A stretch of DNA of 33,717 nt, from the IMG/VR virus record IMGVR_UViG_3300032305_001849, positions 1 to 33,717 of that record. One strand, 5' to 3'. A program made the translations under genes and the position numbers. This DNA comes from a virus. Lineage: Duplodnaviria; Caudoviricetes. Under the pieces are notes generated by a model, which saw only the letters and a list, made by a program, of their open reading frames with translations, was not told the DNA's origin and searched no databases. Shown here in pieces: positions 25,438 to 33,717 of this stretch; position 1 is the first letter of the stretch; the number at the start of each line of letters is the position of its first letter.

Positions 25438-28400
25438 TTATGCTATTTCGTAACTTCCGTTCCAAATAAATCTATCAGCGGTTGTCCAAGTAAATGGTCC
25501 AGTTGGGGTTATGGAATCGGCAGTTCCACCTACAACTTGATATTGTATAGCCGATTTGTGATTAAATCCTGCTCTTGCTCCATTTAGTATGGCGTTATAC
25601 CAAGCAGAACCATTATCTAATAAAGTTACTGTCATTAAGATAGCATCTGCATGTGATGCGGTAAATGGCATTGATACATACCACTCTCCACTACCAAATG
25701 TTGTTGTACTTCCCATAGCAATATTACCTCTTACAAAACAAGTCTTACCAATTACTTTGTAGTAACCTTCTATTGTCCCATTACCAATTGCAGGGTTTGA
25801 AGATGCTGCTGTCCAAATTGGAGTATATGAAGTCCAAGCATTATCAATTCTGCTATTGTTTATAGTTACAGAACCAGTTAATAAAGATGAACCACTTACA
25901 TTTATTGAACCACTAATTTCTACTAAACCATTATTTTGAATATATAAGTTACTTCCACTACTTAATGTTAATGATGAAGCGTTTGCCGCAATTGAACCAC
26001 TAATAGTTGATACTAAAGTTACAACTAATGAACCACTTATAGTTTGTGAACCACTAAATATATTAGAACCTGTAGTTGCATATGAACCCGTTTTAGAGTT
26101 TAAAGATGCAGTTGTTGAGTTTACACTTGCACTAAATGTATTTAATGATGCAGTTGTTGTATTAACTGATTGAGTAAATGTATTGATTATTGAACCACTT
26201 GCTCTTTCGGATGCGGTAAACGCATTTATACTCGATGTAAATGTGTTAATTAATGAACCGGTCGCAATTACACTCGCAGTAAATGAATTTAATGAACTTG
26301 TTGTAGTATTAACAGATGAACTAAAAGTGTTTAAACTTGAAGTTGAAGCATTAATTGAACTACTAAATGTGTTAAATGAAGCGGTTGTGGAATTAACCGA
26401 ACTACTAAATGTATTAACTGAAGCAGTAAATGTTGTAAAACTTGAGGTTAATGTGTTTATTGATGTAGTTGTTGCTAGATTAGTTGTTCCAATTACATTC
26501 AATCCTCCACTTATTAATGCAGAACCACTTAACTCAAGGTATCCATTATTTTGAATATATAAATTACTTCCGCTAGTCAAAGTTAATGATGAACTATTTG
26601 CACCTATAGATGCACTAATAGTAAACACAGATGAAACCGTTAACGAACCACTTATATTTTGTGAGCCTGTGAATGAGTTAGAACCAGTTGTTGCATACGA
26701 ACCTGTCTTTCCGTTTACACTTGCAGTAAATGTATTAACTGAACTACTGAATGTATTTAGCGAAGATGTTGTTGTATTAATACTCGCAGTAAATGTATTA
26801 ATAGAACTACTAAATGCAATAAAACTAGCAGTTAATGAATTAATTGAACCAGTTGATGCTACACTTGCAGTAAAGTTATTTAATGAAGCAGTTGTAGTAT
26901 TAACCGATGAAGTAAAACTATTAAATGAACTTGTATTTACAACACTTGCAGTAAAGTTATTTAATGAAGCAGTTGTAGTATTAACTGAACTACTAAAACT
27001 ATTAAATGAACTTGTAGTAACTGAACTTGCAGTAAAGTTATTTAATGAAGCAGTTGTCGAATTAAGTGAACTAGTAAAACTATTAAATGAAGCCGTTGTT
27101 ACAGCTGATGCGGTAAAGTTATTTAATGAAGCAGTTGTAGAATTAACTGAACTACTAAATGTATTTGAACTAGTTGCAAATGTATTGAATGAAGAAGTTA
27201 ATAATAAACTACTTGTGTTCACATTTACTACCGATGAAGTTGTAGCAAATCCTAAGTTTGTAATTTGTTGAGATGAACTTACCGTTCCTGCTGGTGCTCC
27301 TGTGGCTGCGATTGCAGTTATTCTACTATCGAATGAACTACTTGCGGTTGTATATGATGATGTAAATGTATTGAATGATGAAGTTGTTACAAATGAAGAT
27401 GTATTTACACTTACAACCGATGCAGTATAAGAATTGAATGAAGAAGTTGTAGCAAATCCATAGTTTGTAACTTGTACTGAACTACTTACAACACCACTTA
27501 ATGAAGAGGTTAATGAATTGAATGAAGAAGTTGTAACTAAATTATCTACACCAACTATACTACCAGTTACAACTATTGAACCACTTACATTTAATGAACC
27601 GGTTATCTCCACTGTATTTCCTGCGGCGTGTATAAGATTACTTCTATTACTATCATCAGTTCCATTACCTACAATAAAAGCTGCAAGTACGGAAGATGTA
27701 GCGTTAAATTGGCCTTGTACATGTTGATGGTTGGCTAATGCTATTGTTTGATAACCTTCGGCGTGTGAATATGAACCGGATGCTATTGTTTCTTGGCCTT
27801 CAGCATGTGAGTAATCTCCTTTTGCTTGTGTAAAATCTCCTTCGGCATGTGAGTAGTTTCCTATTGCTTTAGTAACACTTCCTTCAGCATGTGATTGGTC
27901 TCCGGTTGCTAGATTTCCCTCTAATCCGTGAATAAGAGAACCTGTTATAGTTTGATTACCATTAAATTCATTTGAACCGGTAGTTGCATACGAACCCGTT
28001 TTTCCGTTTACACTTGCACTAAAAGTATTTAATGAAGCAGTTGTTGTATTAATCGAACTACTAAATGTATTGAATGAAGATGTAAATAATTGTATATTAT
28101 CTAAAGCCGCATTAGATGAACTCAATGATGAAGTAGCTGCATTAATAGCAGAACTAACTGCATTTGCCGCACTTCCTGTGTAAGTATCAAATGCTGATTT
28201 AGATAAGAACATTGATACATTAGTCACAAAACTGCCTGTCTCCGCTTCTGTTATAAATGAGCCAGTTTGTCCTCCCAATGTATTCCACTTTCCATCGTTT
28301 GAAGATGTATAAGAATTAAATGAAGCAGTAGTTACTAATGAAGATGTATTAACATTTACTATTGATGAAGTAGTTGCAAAACCAAAATTAGTTATTTGTG

Positions 28401-29382
28401 CAGATGAACTGATTAAAGTTGTTCCGGTTGAACTAATACTACCGGTGATTGATATTGAACCCGATGTTACTTTGAAGGTAGCATTTCCTCCTGGATTTGC
28501 TTCAAAATTATCGTTTGTAGTTACACCTCCGCCATCACCACTTAAACTTAATAAACCACTTGCTGCAATTTCTATATTACCTCCGGTTGTGTTTTCAATT
28601 CGATTAACTAAAAGTGAATTACCAGCTAATATAGTTTGAGAACCATTAAAAGAATTAGAACCTGTTGTTGCTAATGAAGATGTGTTTATATTAACACTTG
28701 CAGTTAAACTTGAAGTATATTGATTAAACGAAGCAGTTGTTAATAATGAAGATGTATTAACATTCAATATTGAAGATGTTGTGGCAAATCCTAAGTTTGC
28801 AATTTGATTTGCTCCACTTATTATAGGAGTTCCACTTACATAGATACTACCTGTTATTGATACCGAGCCACTACTTACTTTAAATGTATTTGCACCACCT
28901 GGATTCGATTCAAAATTATCATTAGTGGTTACACCTCCGCCATCTCCTGATAGTGTAAGCAATCCACTCGCTGCTATCTCTATATTTCCACCGGTTGTAT
29001 TCTCTATTCTGTTTACTAATAAAGAATTACCCGCTAAAATTGTTTGTGAACCGCTAAAAGAATTTGAACCGGTTTTAGCAAATCCTAATGTAGTTATTTG
29101 ATTTGATGATGATACGGTTCCAGGAGGAATAGATGCCGAGCCTACTGTAATATTTGTTATAGTAGTATTAAGAGATGCGGATAATGTTTGTATTGATGAA
29201 GTTATAGCCGAAGCACTTTGCATCAATTCAAACTCCGTACTAAATGTTTGGTCTAACGCACCACTAAGAAATTCATATAATTTCCCAACACTAATTCTTT
29301 GTGTTCTTGAATTATCAACAATAGGAATTACACTTCCCGTATTAATGTTGGTAAGAATAGGTAATTGTGAAATTTTAGGCAT
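25438..29382 (-). CDS. Long Ser/Thr/Asn-rich fibre with YadA-head-like SHAEG repeats, 1314 aa
   Basis: N-terminal MPKISQLP, heptad-like SxNxFTxS repeats, four SHAEG repeats, and a C-terminal WTSYTP..GYYKVIGKTCFV tip domain. Confidence 0.82.
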   Translation of the reverse strand: MPKISQLPILTNINTGSVIPIVDNSRTQRISVGKLYEFLSGALDQTFSTEFELMQSASAITSSIQTLSASLNTTITNITVGSASIPPGTVSSSNQITTLGFAKTGSNSFSGSQTILAGNSLLVNRIENTTGGNIEIAASGLLTLSGDGGGVTTNDNFESNPGGANTFKVSSGSVSITGSIYVSGTPIISGANQIANLGFATTSSILNVNTSSLLTTASFNQYTSSLTASVNINTSSLATTGSNSFNGSQTILAGNSLLVNRIENTTGGNIEIAASGLLSLSGDGGGVTTNDNFEANPGGNATFKVTSGSISITGSISSTGTTLISSSAQITNFGFATTSSIVNVNTSSLVTTASFNSYTSSNDGKWNTLGGQTGSFITEAETGSFVTNVSMFLSKSAFDTYTGSAANAVSSAINAATSSLSSSNAALDNIQLFTSSFNTFSSSINTTTASLNTFSASVNGKTGSYATTGSNEFNGNQTITGSLIHGLEGNLATGDQSHAEGSVTKAIGNYSHAEGDFTQAKGDYSHAEGQETIASGSYSHAEGYQTIALANHQHVQGQFNATSSVLAAFIVGNGTDDSNRSNLIHAAGNTVEITGSLNVSGSIVVTGSIVGVDNLVTTSSFNSLTSSLSGVVSSSVQVTNYGFATTSSFNSYTASVVSVNTSSFVTTSSFNTFTSSYTTASSSFDSRITAIAATGAPAGTVSSSQQITNLGFATTSSVVNVNTSSLLLTSSFNTFATSSNTFSSSVNSTTASLNNFTASAVTTASFNSFTSSLNSTTASLNNFTASSVTTSSFNSFSSSVNTTTASLNNFTASVVNTSSFNSFTSSVNTTTASLNNFTASVASTGSINSLTASFIAFSSSINTFTASINTTTSSLNTFSSSVNTFTASVNGKTGSYATTGSNSFTGSQNISGSLTVSSVFTISASIGANSSSLTLTSGSNLYIQNNGYLELSGSALISGGLNVIGTTNLATTTSINTLTSSFTTFTASVNTFSSSVNSTTASFNTFSSSINASTSSLNTFSSSVNTTTSSLNSFTASVIATGSLINTFTSSINAFTASERASGSIINTFTQSVNTTTASLNTFSASVNSTTASLNSKTGSYATTGSNIFSGSQTISGSLVVTLVSTISGSIAANASSLTLSSGSNLYIQNNGLVEISGSINVSGSSLLTGSVTINNSRIDNAWTSYTPIWTAASSNPAIGNGTIEGYYKVIGKTCFVRGNIAMGSTTTFGSGEWYVSMPFTASHADAILMTVTLLDNGSAWYNAILNGARAGFNHKSAIQYQVVGGTADSITPTGPFTWTTADRFIWNGSYEIA
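26861..27160 (-). repeat. 81-bp coding tandem repeat, about 4 copies (27 aa unit)
   Basis: GTAAAGTTATTTAATGAAGCAGTTGT recurs at 26870, 26951, 27032 and 27113. Confidence 0.9.
27755..27900 (-). repeat. 42-bp periodic SHAEG repeats (four 14-aa units)
   Basis: (C)CTTC(A/G)GC(A/G)TGTGA at 27755, 27797, 27839 and 27881. Confidence 0.85.
28450..29075 (-). repeat. Internal duplication in the 1314 aa fibre (offset about 408 nt)
   Basis: GSQTILAGNSLLVNRIENTTGGNIEIAASGLLxLSGDGGGVTTNDNFExNPGG occurs twice. Confidence 0.9.
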
Positions 29383-29399
29383 CTCTTAAATCTAATTTT

Positions 29400-30272
29400 T
29401 TATGGTTGTATCGGGTTTCCACCCTCATCTAAAATAGGTAATCCATCATAAATTCCATCTTCTGTTATAAGATTAGAATTTATATTATCCGCTGCTCTTT
29501 CTGTCGCAACTGATAACCTACCATTCATATCATAACCATCTCCTCCTTGCAATAAAACTTCATTAGTTACCACAACCTTTCTAATTGTAAATCCTTTTTG
29601 TGTAGTAGGAACATTATCAGCTTTCTTAGGTAATAAATAAGCATTAACTGTCATAGTGAATGTAGTTCTTATTATTCTCTCTGTTCCCGCTCCTACTTCT
29701 TGTTGGTTATCAAAGTTATCAATCATAACTCTGAATTTATACTTATCATCTTCACCCCAATATCTATCTGTAAAATATTGGAATTGTTCTATAATTTTAT
29801 TGTTATGTTCTGTAAAGTTTGTCCACACCATTACTTCATAAGTGATGGTAATATAATCCGGCATTTTTACATCATAGGTTTCATACCTTTTTTTAAATTC
29901 AGGATTTAATAATGAAAATCTATCATATGAATTTTTGTTAGACCATTTTCTAATAGTTGGATATGTAACTTTATCATCTTTAAGAAATTTCATTGTATCA
30001 TTCTTAGCAAATGAATTTCTTTTAAACATAATAAGTGGGATTTGAATTTTTCCCAATTTGTCTTTTAAGTATCCATCTTTTTGTGCACCTTTCCATCTTT
30101 CTGCATTTCCATAAATTAATGGAACTTTAACTTTAGATTTATTTTGTTCAATTTCAGGAATTACATGTTGTTCCATATAGGATGCAATAGTACTATCAAT
30201 ATCAATTAATGATAATGAGAACATTTCTTGTTCATCCTGTTTTACTATTTTTGAAAAGTTTTTATCTGCCAT
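29400..30272 (-). CDS. Tail terminator / sheath stabiliser (T4 gp15-like), 290 aa
   Basis: VKVPLIYGNAERW, IQIPLIMFKR, MPDYITITYE..WT..NNKIIEQ, RIIRTTFTMTVNAYL. It follows the neck genes. Confidence 0.78.
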   Translation of the reverse strand: MADKNFSKIVKQDEQEMFSLSLIDIDSTIASYMEQHVIPEIEQNKSKVKVPLIYGNAERWKGAQKDGYLKDKLGKIQIPLIMFKRNSFAKNDTMKFLKDDKVTYPTIRKWSNKNSYDRFSLLNPEFKKRYETYDVKMPDYITITYEVMVWTNFTEHNNKIIEQFQYFTDRYWGEDDKYKFRVMIDNFDNQQEVGAGTERIIRTTFTMTVNAYLLPKKADNVPTTQKGFTIRKVVVTNEVLLQGGDGYDMNGRLSVATERAADNINSNLITEDGIYDGLPILDEGGNPIQP

Positions 30273-30727
30273 TATCTTACTCTTTCTTCTAGATTAATAC
30301 TGCTATTTCTAGTAATAAATGTTTCACATATAACAGAGAACTTATTTTGATATCCACCACCTATCCATTGGTCTTCATTAACATTTGATACCTCATAATA
30401 TGAACCATCTAATAAAATTAAATCACCAACTTCAGGATAAAAATTTGCTTCAATTAAAGTATGTCTATTGAAACGGAAATTAGAAGTTCTACTCGCATCT
30501 GGACCAAATCCTTCATAGTTAGTTTCAGTTTCTCCTCTTTCAATTACAGAATAAGTTTCCATTCCTCTATAGTATTGCTTATCTAAACTTTCACCATAAA
30601 GATTATATGAAGTTTCCGCTGAATTGATTTTAAATAATGTAACCAATGTTTCGATTACATCGTTAACCATTTCAGTAGAAATTTGTTCGAAAAATTTTAT
30701 ATCCCTTGCGGAGTTAAATCGTGGCAT
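30272..30727 (-). CDS. Head closure / neck protein (T4 gp14-like), 151 aa
   Basis: NLYGES, YPEVGDLI..YYEV motifs. TAATG overlap with the next gene. Confidence 0.78.
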   Translation of the reverse strand: MPRFNSARDIKFFEQISTEMVNDVIETLVTLFKINSAETSYNLYGESLDKQYYRGMETYSVIERGETETNYEGFGPDASRTSNFRFNRHTLIEANFYPEVGDLILLDGSYYEVSNVNEDQWIGGGYQNKFSVICETFITRNSSINLEERVR

Positions 30728-30728
30728 A

Positions 30729-31886
30729 TTATCCTACATATATTGCTAAAGGTGCTTTCTGCAACATCTCCATTTGTTGTTGTGCTTCAGCAGCTTTATT
30801 TTCAAAAATCTTCTTTCTTGAAACCTCATCTAAATTCTCTCTTAAGATAGTAATTAGATTTTCTTTTTCAGTTGTTGCTTCTGCTCTTAATTGTGCACCA
30901 TCCAAAGTGGTTTCACCACCTGGAATAGGAATAGTATTATACTTTTCTCTAATCGCACCCAATAATTCTTTTGCTAATGCTAATGTATATTTTCTAATCC
31001 ACTGTCTTCCCACATCATTAATTCTTTGATATGGAGTAAAATCGTATTTGATATTAGAATAATCTGAAATAACTCCATCTCTTACTCCCAATGAATTTGT
31101 ATCAAACTCATCTCTTACATAGTATTCAAAATAAATTCTATTATCATACGATGGGTAAGGGAATATTTGTAAGTTTCCGTTTGTTATATTAAATGTGTGT
31201 GCCGATTTTCTTATCTGGTCATTAAACTCTATAGCCTGTACCCTCAATAGGTCTTCATAGAACGGCATTAATACAAATTGGGTAGCAGTACTGAACGAAC
31301 TAAATCCGAACTCCTGAGTGATGTTTAAAGTACCCATACCACTAACTGCATAAGGGTCAAAGAAACGAGCTAATGCAGGTTTTGGTTCGAAGTAAACTTT
31401 TGTTACTTCAATTCTTTTTCCACTCTCACTTACCTCTCCCCATAAAGTTTTTAAATCATATGATTGAGTATATGCAGTTGCATCCACCCAACCTCTTTTA
31501 ATATCAGCATTTCCCCCCACACCTGCAACAGTTCCATATGCATCGGAAATTCGTATTGTTTGATTTAAGAAAGAACCCTCTACTAATTTACCTGTGTAGT
31601 TAGAACCCGTACCTTGCCCCATTAATTGAGGTAAGTTGTTTCGTATATTAAATTGATTTACTTGTGCGGAGTATTCCGATGTTGCTTCTTCAAAACAAGC
31701 ATATAATTGCTCATCGATTAGCTCCACATCTATAATAGGATACCCTAATCTTCTCACACACCAAAGTGCTACTTTAGGTGCATCGTTTGAAAAATGGTAA
31801 TCATTATCGTATATTTCGAATGGAGTCATTCCAGGAAAGAACGATGATGAACCAGGATAATGATTTATTGTTGAATTTACTGACAT
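30729..31886 (-). CDS. Neck / head-tail adaptor protein (T4 gp13-like), 385 aa
   Basis: RRLGYPIIDVEL..EQL and WIRKYTLALAKELLG..KY..IPGGETTLDG motifs; terminal YVG. Confidence 0.85.
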   Translation of the reverse strand: MSVNSTINHYPGSSSFFPGMTPFEIYDNDYHFSNDAPKVALWCVRRLGYPIIDVELIDEQLYACFEEATSEYSAQVNQFNIRNNLPQLMGQGTGSNYTGKLVEGSFLNQTIRISDAYGTVAGVGGNADIKRGWVDATAYTQSYDLKTLWGEVSESGKRIEVTKVYFEPKPALARFFDPYAVSGMGTLNITQEFGFSSFSTATQFVLMPFYEDLLRVQAIEFNDQIRKSAHTFNITNGNLQIFPYPSYDNRIYFEYYVRDEFDTNSLGVRDGVISDYSNIKYDFTPYQRINDVGRQWIRKYTLALAKELLGAIREKYNTIPIPGGETTLDGAQLRAEATTEKENLITILRENLDEVSRKKIFENKAAEAQQQMEMLQKAPLAIYVG

Positions 31887-31905
31887 CTATATAAGAGTTT
31901 ACTCA

Positions 31906-31914
31906 TATAAATAT
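31906..31914 (-). promoter_or_regulatory. Putative late promoter motif ATATTTATA (copy 7)
   Basis: 20 nt upstream of ATG 31886. Confidence 0.7.
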
Positions 31915-31937
31915 TCAGTTTGTCAAATAAAGAAGTT

Positions 31938-32462
31938 TTAAACTAATCTGATTTTCAGAGTTCCGTTTGTATGATACATTCCACCTAAATTTATGTTACC
32001 TGCCGCCGCCGCTGCATCGTTAGCATAGTTAGATGCTGAAATTGAACTTAGATTGAAAGCGGTTCTATCGGTATCGGATGTTCTAATTTTAAGGTATCCA
32101 TCTGTATGATATACGCCCCCTAAAGGAACTCCCTGACCTTCAGCAGTATAATCCGTACCATAGTTTGATGCGGTAACTGAACCCAATTGAAGTGCTCTAT
32201 GGTTATCTCCACTATTAAGTATAATACCCGCAGTAGAACCTGTAATTTGTACTATTGTATTAAATGATGCGGATGTTGTTGATTGAAACGAACCTGTTAT
32301 TACTACCGAACCTGTAATAGTTTGGTTTCCTATAAAAGTATTAGAACCAGTCGTTGCTCTAAATTCTATACTAGATGTAATAGCGGAAAAGTTACCATCC
32401 ATTTGTTCGATAGATAACTTATCCGATAAATTCTTTCGTAGTGTTACTCCGCTAATTGCCAT
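31938..32462 (-). CDS. Short fibre/knob structural protein, 174 aa (paralogue of 32473..32895)
   Basis: N-terminal GVTLR..LSIEQMDGNF and two copies of the NYxxDxxAxxxG..GGxYH..G.LKIR knob. Confidence 0.75.
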   Translation of the reverse strand: MAISGVTLRKNLSDKLSIEQMDGNFSAITSSIEFRATTGSNTFIGNQTITGSVVITGSFQSTTSASFNTIVQITGSTAGIILNSGDNHRALQLGSVTASNYGTDYTAEGQGVPLGGVYHTDGYLKIRTSDTDRTAFNLSSISASNYANDAAAAAGNINLGGMYHTNGTLKIRLV

Positions 32463-32472
32463 TTATAATAAA

Positions 32473-32895
32473 TTAAACTATTCTAATTCTGATTGCTCCT
32501 GCATTGTGATACATACCACCGATTGCAATTCCGCCTGCCGCAGCTGCTGCATCGTTAGCGTAGTTTGAACCTAACACAGAATTTCCACTACCACTTGCAA
32601 TCACTGCTCCTAAGAAGTTTGCTGAACCAGAGTGAACGGATGAACCAGATACACTTAATGTACCGGTTACAAATAAGTTACCACTTGTGATTAATCCAGC
32701 TCCACCTGCACCATTAGCTCCCGCCAATAAGTTAGGGAATGCTGTAACCGATTGACTTACTCTTGTGTTTAATGTAGTAATATTTGCGGTTGAAGTTTCA
32801 ACGCTTGAGGTAATAGATGAGAAATTACTATCTAATTCAGCGATAGTTAATTTACTACCTTTGATTACCCTTAATGTTACACCTGCTAATGCCAT
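32473..32895 (-). CDS. Short fibre/knob structural protein, 140 aa
   Basis: N-terminal GVTLRVIKGSKLTIAELDSNF and C-terminal NYANDAAAAAGGIAIGGMYHNAGAIRIRIV. Confidence 0.75.
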   Translation of the reverse strand: MALAGVTLRVIKGSKLTIAELDSNFSSITSSVETSTANITTLNTRVSQSVTAFPNLLAGANGAGGAGLITSGNLFVTGTLSVSGSSVHSGSANFLGAVIASGSGNSVLGSNYANDAAAAAGGIAIGGMYHNAGAIRIRIV

Positions 32896-32922
32896 TTTAT
32901 TTTATTTTATTCTGTGTCTTTG

Positions 32923-32931
32923 TATAAATAT
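32923..32931 (-). promoter_or_regulatory. Putative late promoter motif ATATTTATA (copy 8)
   Basis: 28 nt upstream of ATG 32895. Confidence 0.7.
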
Positions 32932-32939
32932 ATAACATA

Positions 32940-33716
32940 TTAGAAAACATAATCTGAATCCGCACCTACTGTAACTGATATATCAAAGTAATCATCTGCG
33001 TAAAGTGTTTCATCTAACCAAACCGGAGTAATATATCTTCTTCTATTAGAACCTTGTCCAACAAAATATTCTAAATATTCATCTGGAGTTCTTATCCAAG
33101 CTCCACTTGCAGTACTATCGGTTGTAAAAGATGAACTCCATGCTTGAGCCTCAGTTAATCTATATATCGCATCTGCGGGATTGTTTGAACCCGTTGCTTT
33201 AAGATTCGTAGTGTTTCTTGTAAGAGAACCAGTTATCTCTAAATTTCCTGATAAATAAATATTATCGGTCATAGAGTTACCAAATGCGATAACAGGCCCA
33301 ATTGCGTTTAATGAACCGGTAATTGCAACATCTCCACTAATATTTGCATTAGCACTTGCAGTAATATTTCCACTTACAAATAATGAACTACTTAATGCAA
33401 CCGCACCACTAACTCCTAATGTTCCACTTATTGCCGCATTTGTTCCAACTTGCAATCTGTTACTTAAGATTGTAGAACCCGTTACCGTCAATGCTCCAAA
33501 ACTTGCAGTTGAGGTAGCTCTTAGTGAAGAAGAAATTAATGTAGAACCCGTTACAGTTAAAGTAGATTGTAATCCAACCGCACCTGCTACATCTAAGTTA
33601 TTTGAAATATTTAATGCACCAACTGAAAGTGAGCCAGATGTTCTAATATTTCCAGTTGCATCATCTACTTCAAATCTACCACCACCTACTTTGAATGTTA
33701 CTCCATTGTATGTGAA
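32940..33716 (-). CDS. Partial CDS (C-terminus; starts beyond right edge), fibre-like structural protein
   Basis: The frame stays open upstream of the track's TTG start to the window edge (FTYNGVTFKVGGGRFEVDDATGNIRTSGSL...). It has the same beta repeats as the 888 aa fibre. Confidence 0.8.
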   Translation of the reverse strand, partial: FTYNGVTFKVGGGRFEVDDATGNIRTSGSLSVGALNISNNLDVAGAVGLQSTLTVTGSTLISSSLRATSTASFGALTVTGSTILSNRLQVGTNAAISGTLGVSGAVALSSSLFVSGNITASANANISGDVAITGSLNAIGPVIAFGNSMTDNIYLSGNLEITGSLTRNTTNLKATGSNNPADAIYRLTEAQAWSSSFTTDSTASGAWIRTPDEYLEYFVGQGSNRRRYITPVWLDETLYADDYFDISVTVGADSDYVF

Positions 33717-33717
33717 A

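Noticed and set aside
26861-27160. CRISPR-like array
   Set aside because: The repeats are in-frame coding units whose intervening sequences are similar to each other, and there are no cas genes.
765-31029. All plus-strand ORFs in the track (for example 26183..26554, 26669..27271, 24885..25151, 30721..31029)
   Set aside because: They are antisense shadows of long minus-strand genes with biased codon use, mostly have non-ATG starts, and show no recognisable motifs.
31960-32570. Diversity-generating retroelement template/variable repeat pair at the duplicated knobs
   Set aside because: Both copies are coding, the differences are largely synonymous rather than adenine-specific, and there is no reverse transcriptase in the window.
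1-33717. Extracellular contractile injection system or tailocin
   Set aside because: Head-joining neck genes (gp13/gp14-like) and the phage-style fibre array indicate a true phage.
1-33717. Stop-codon reassignment (23 of the 24 stops I checked are TAA; only the GT uses TAG)
   Set aside because: Long genes are intact under the standard code, TAA bias is expected at low GC, and the single TAG falls neatly at a gene overlap.

Overview
This window is part of the virion morphogenesis region of a large, AT-rich, contractile-tailed (myovirus-type, distantly T4-like) bacteriophage. All credible genes lie on the minus strand. In transcription order (right to left) they are: a truncated fibre gene, two paralogous short fibre/knob proteins, neck and tail-terminator proteins (T4 gp13-, gp14- and gp15-like), about 20 kb of fibre and adhesin genes (1314 aa fibre, two LamG lectin-like proteins, 888 aa fibre, 110 aa adaptor, 2879 aa mosaic fibre with a C-terminal S74 chaperone, a GT-B glycosyltransferase, a Hint-domain adhesin-like protein), then tail sheath, tail tube, tail assembly chaperone(s), tape measure, tube initiator, LysM baseplate protein and a truncated hub protein. 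A-rich starts without Shine-Dalgarno sequences hint at a Bacteroidota host (inference). The main observations are: (1) an apparent programmed +1/-2 frameshift at a U7 run in the tail chaperone pair; (2) eight intergenic copies of sense-strand ATATTTATA, which contains the reverse complement of the T4 late promoter and twice lies directly after a terminator; (3) a glycosyltransferase translationally coupled between fibre genes, with pervasive [ST]-[GAS]-[SN] tripeptides in external proteins, suggesting a virion glycosylation system; (4) an intein-like Hint domain lacking a +1 nucleophile inside a probable fibre-tip adhesin. All family assignments come from motif recognition and synteny; no database searches were run.
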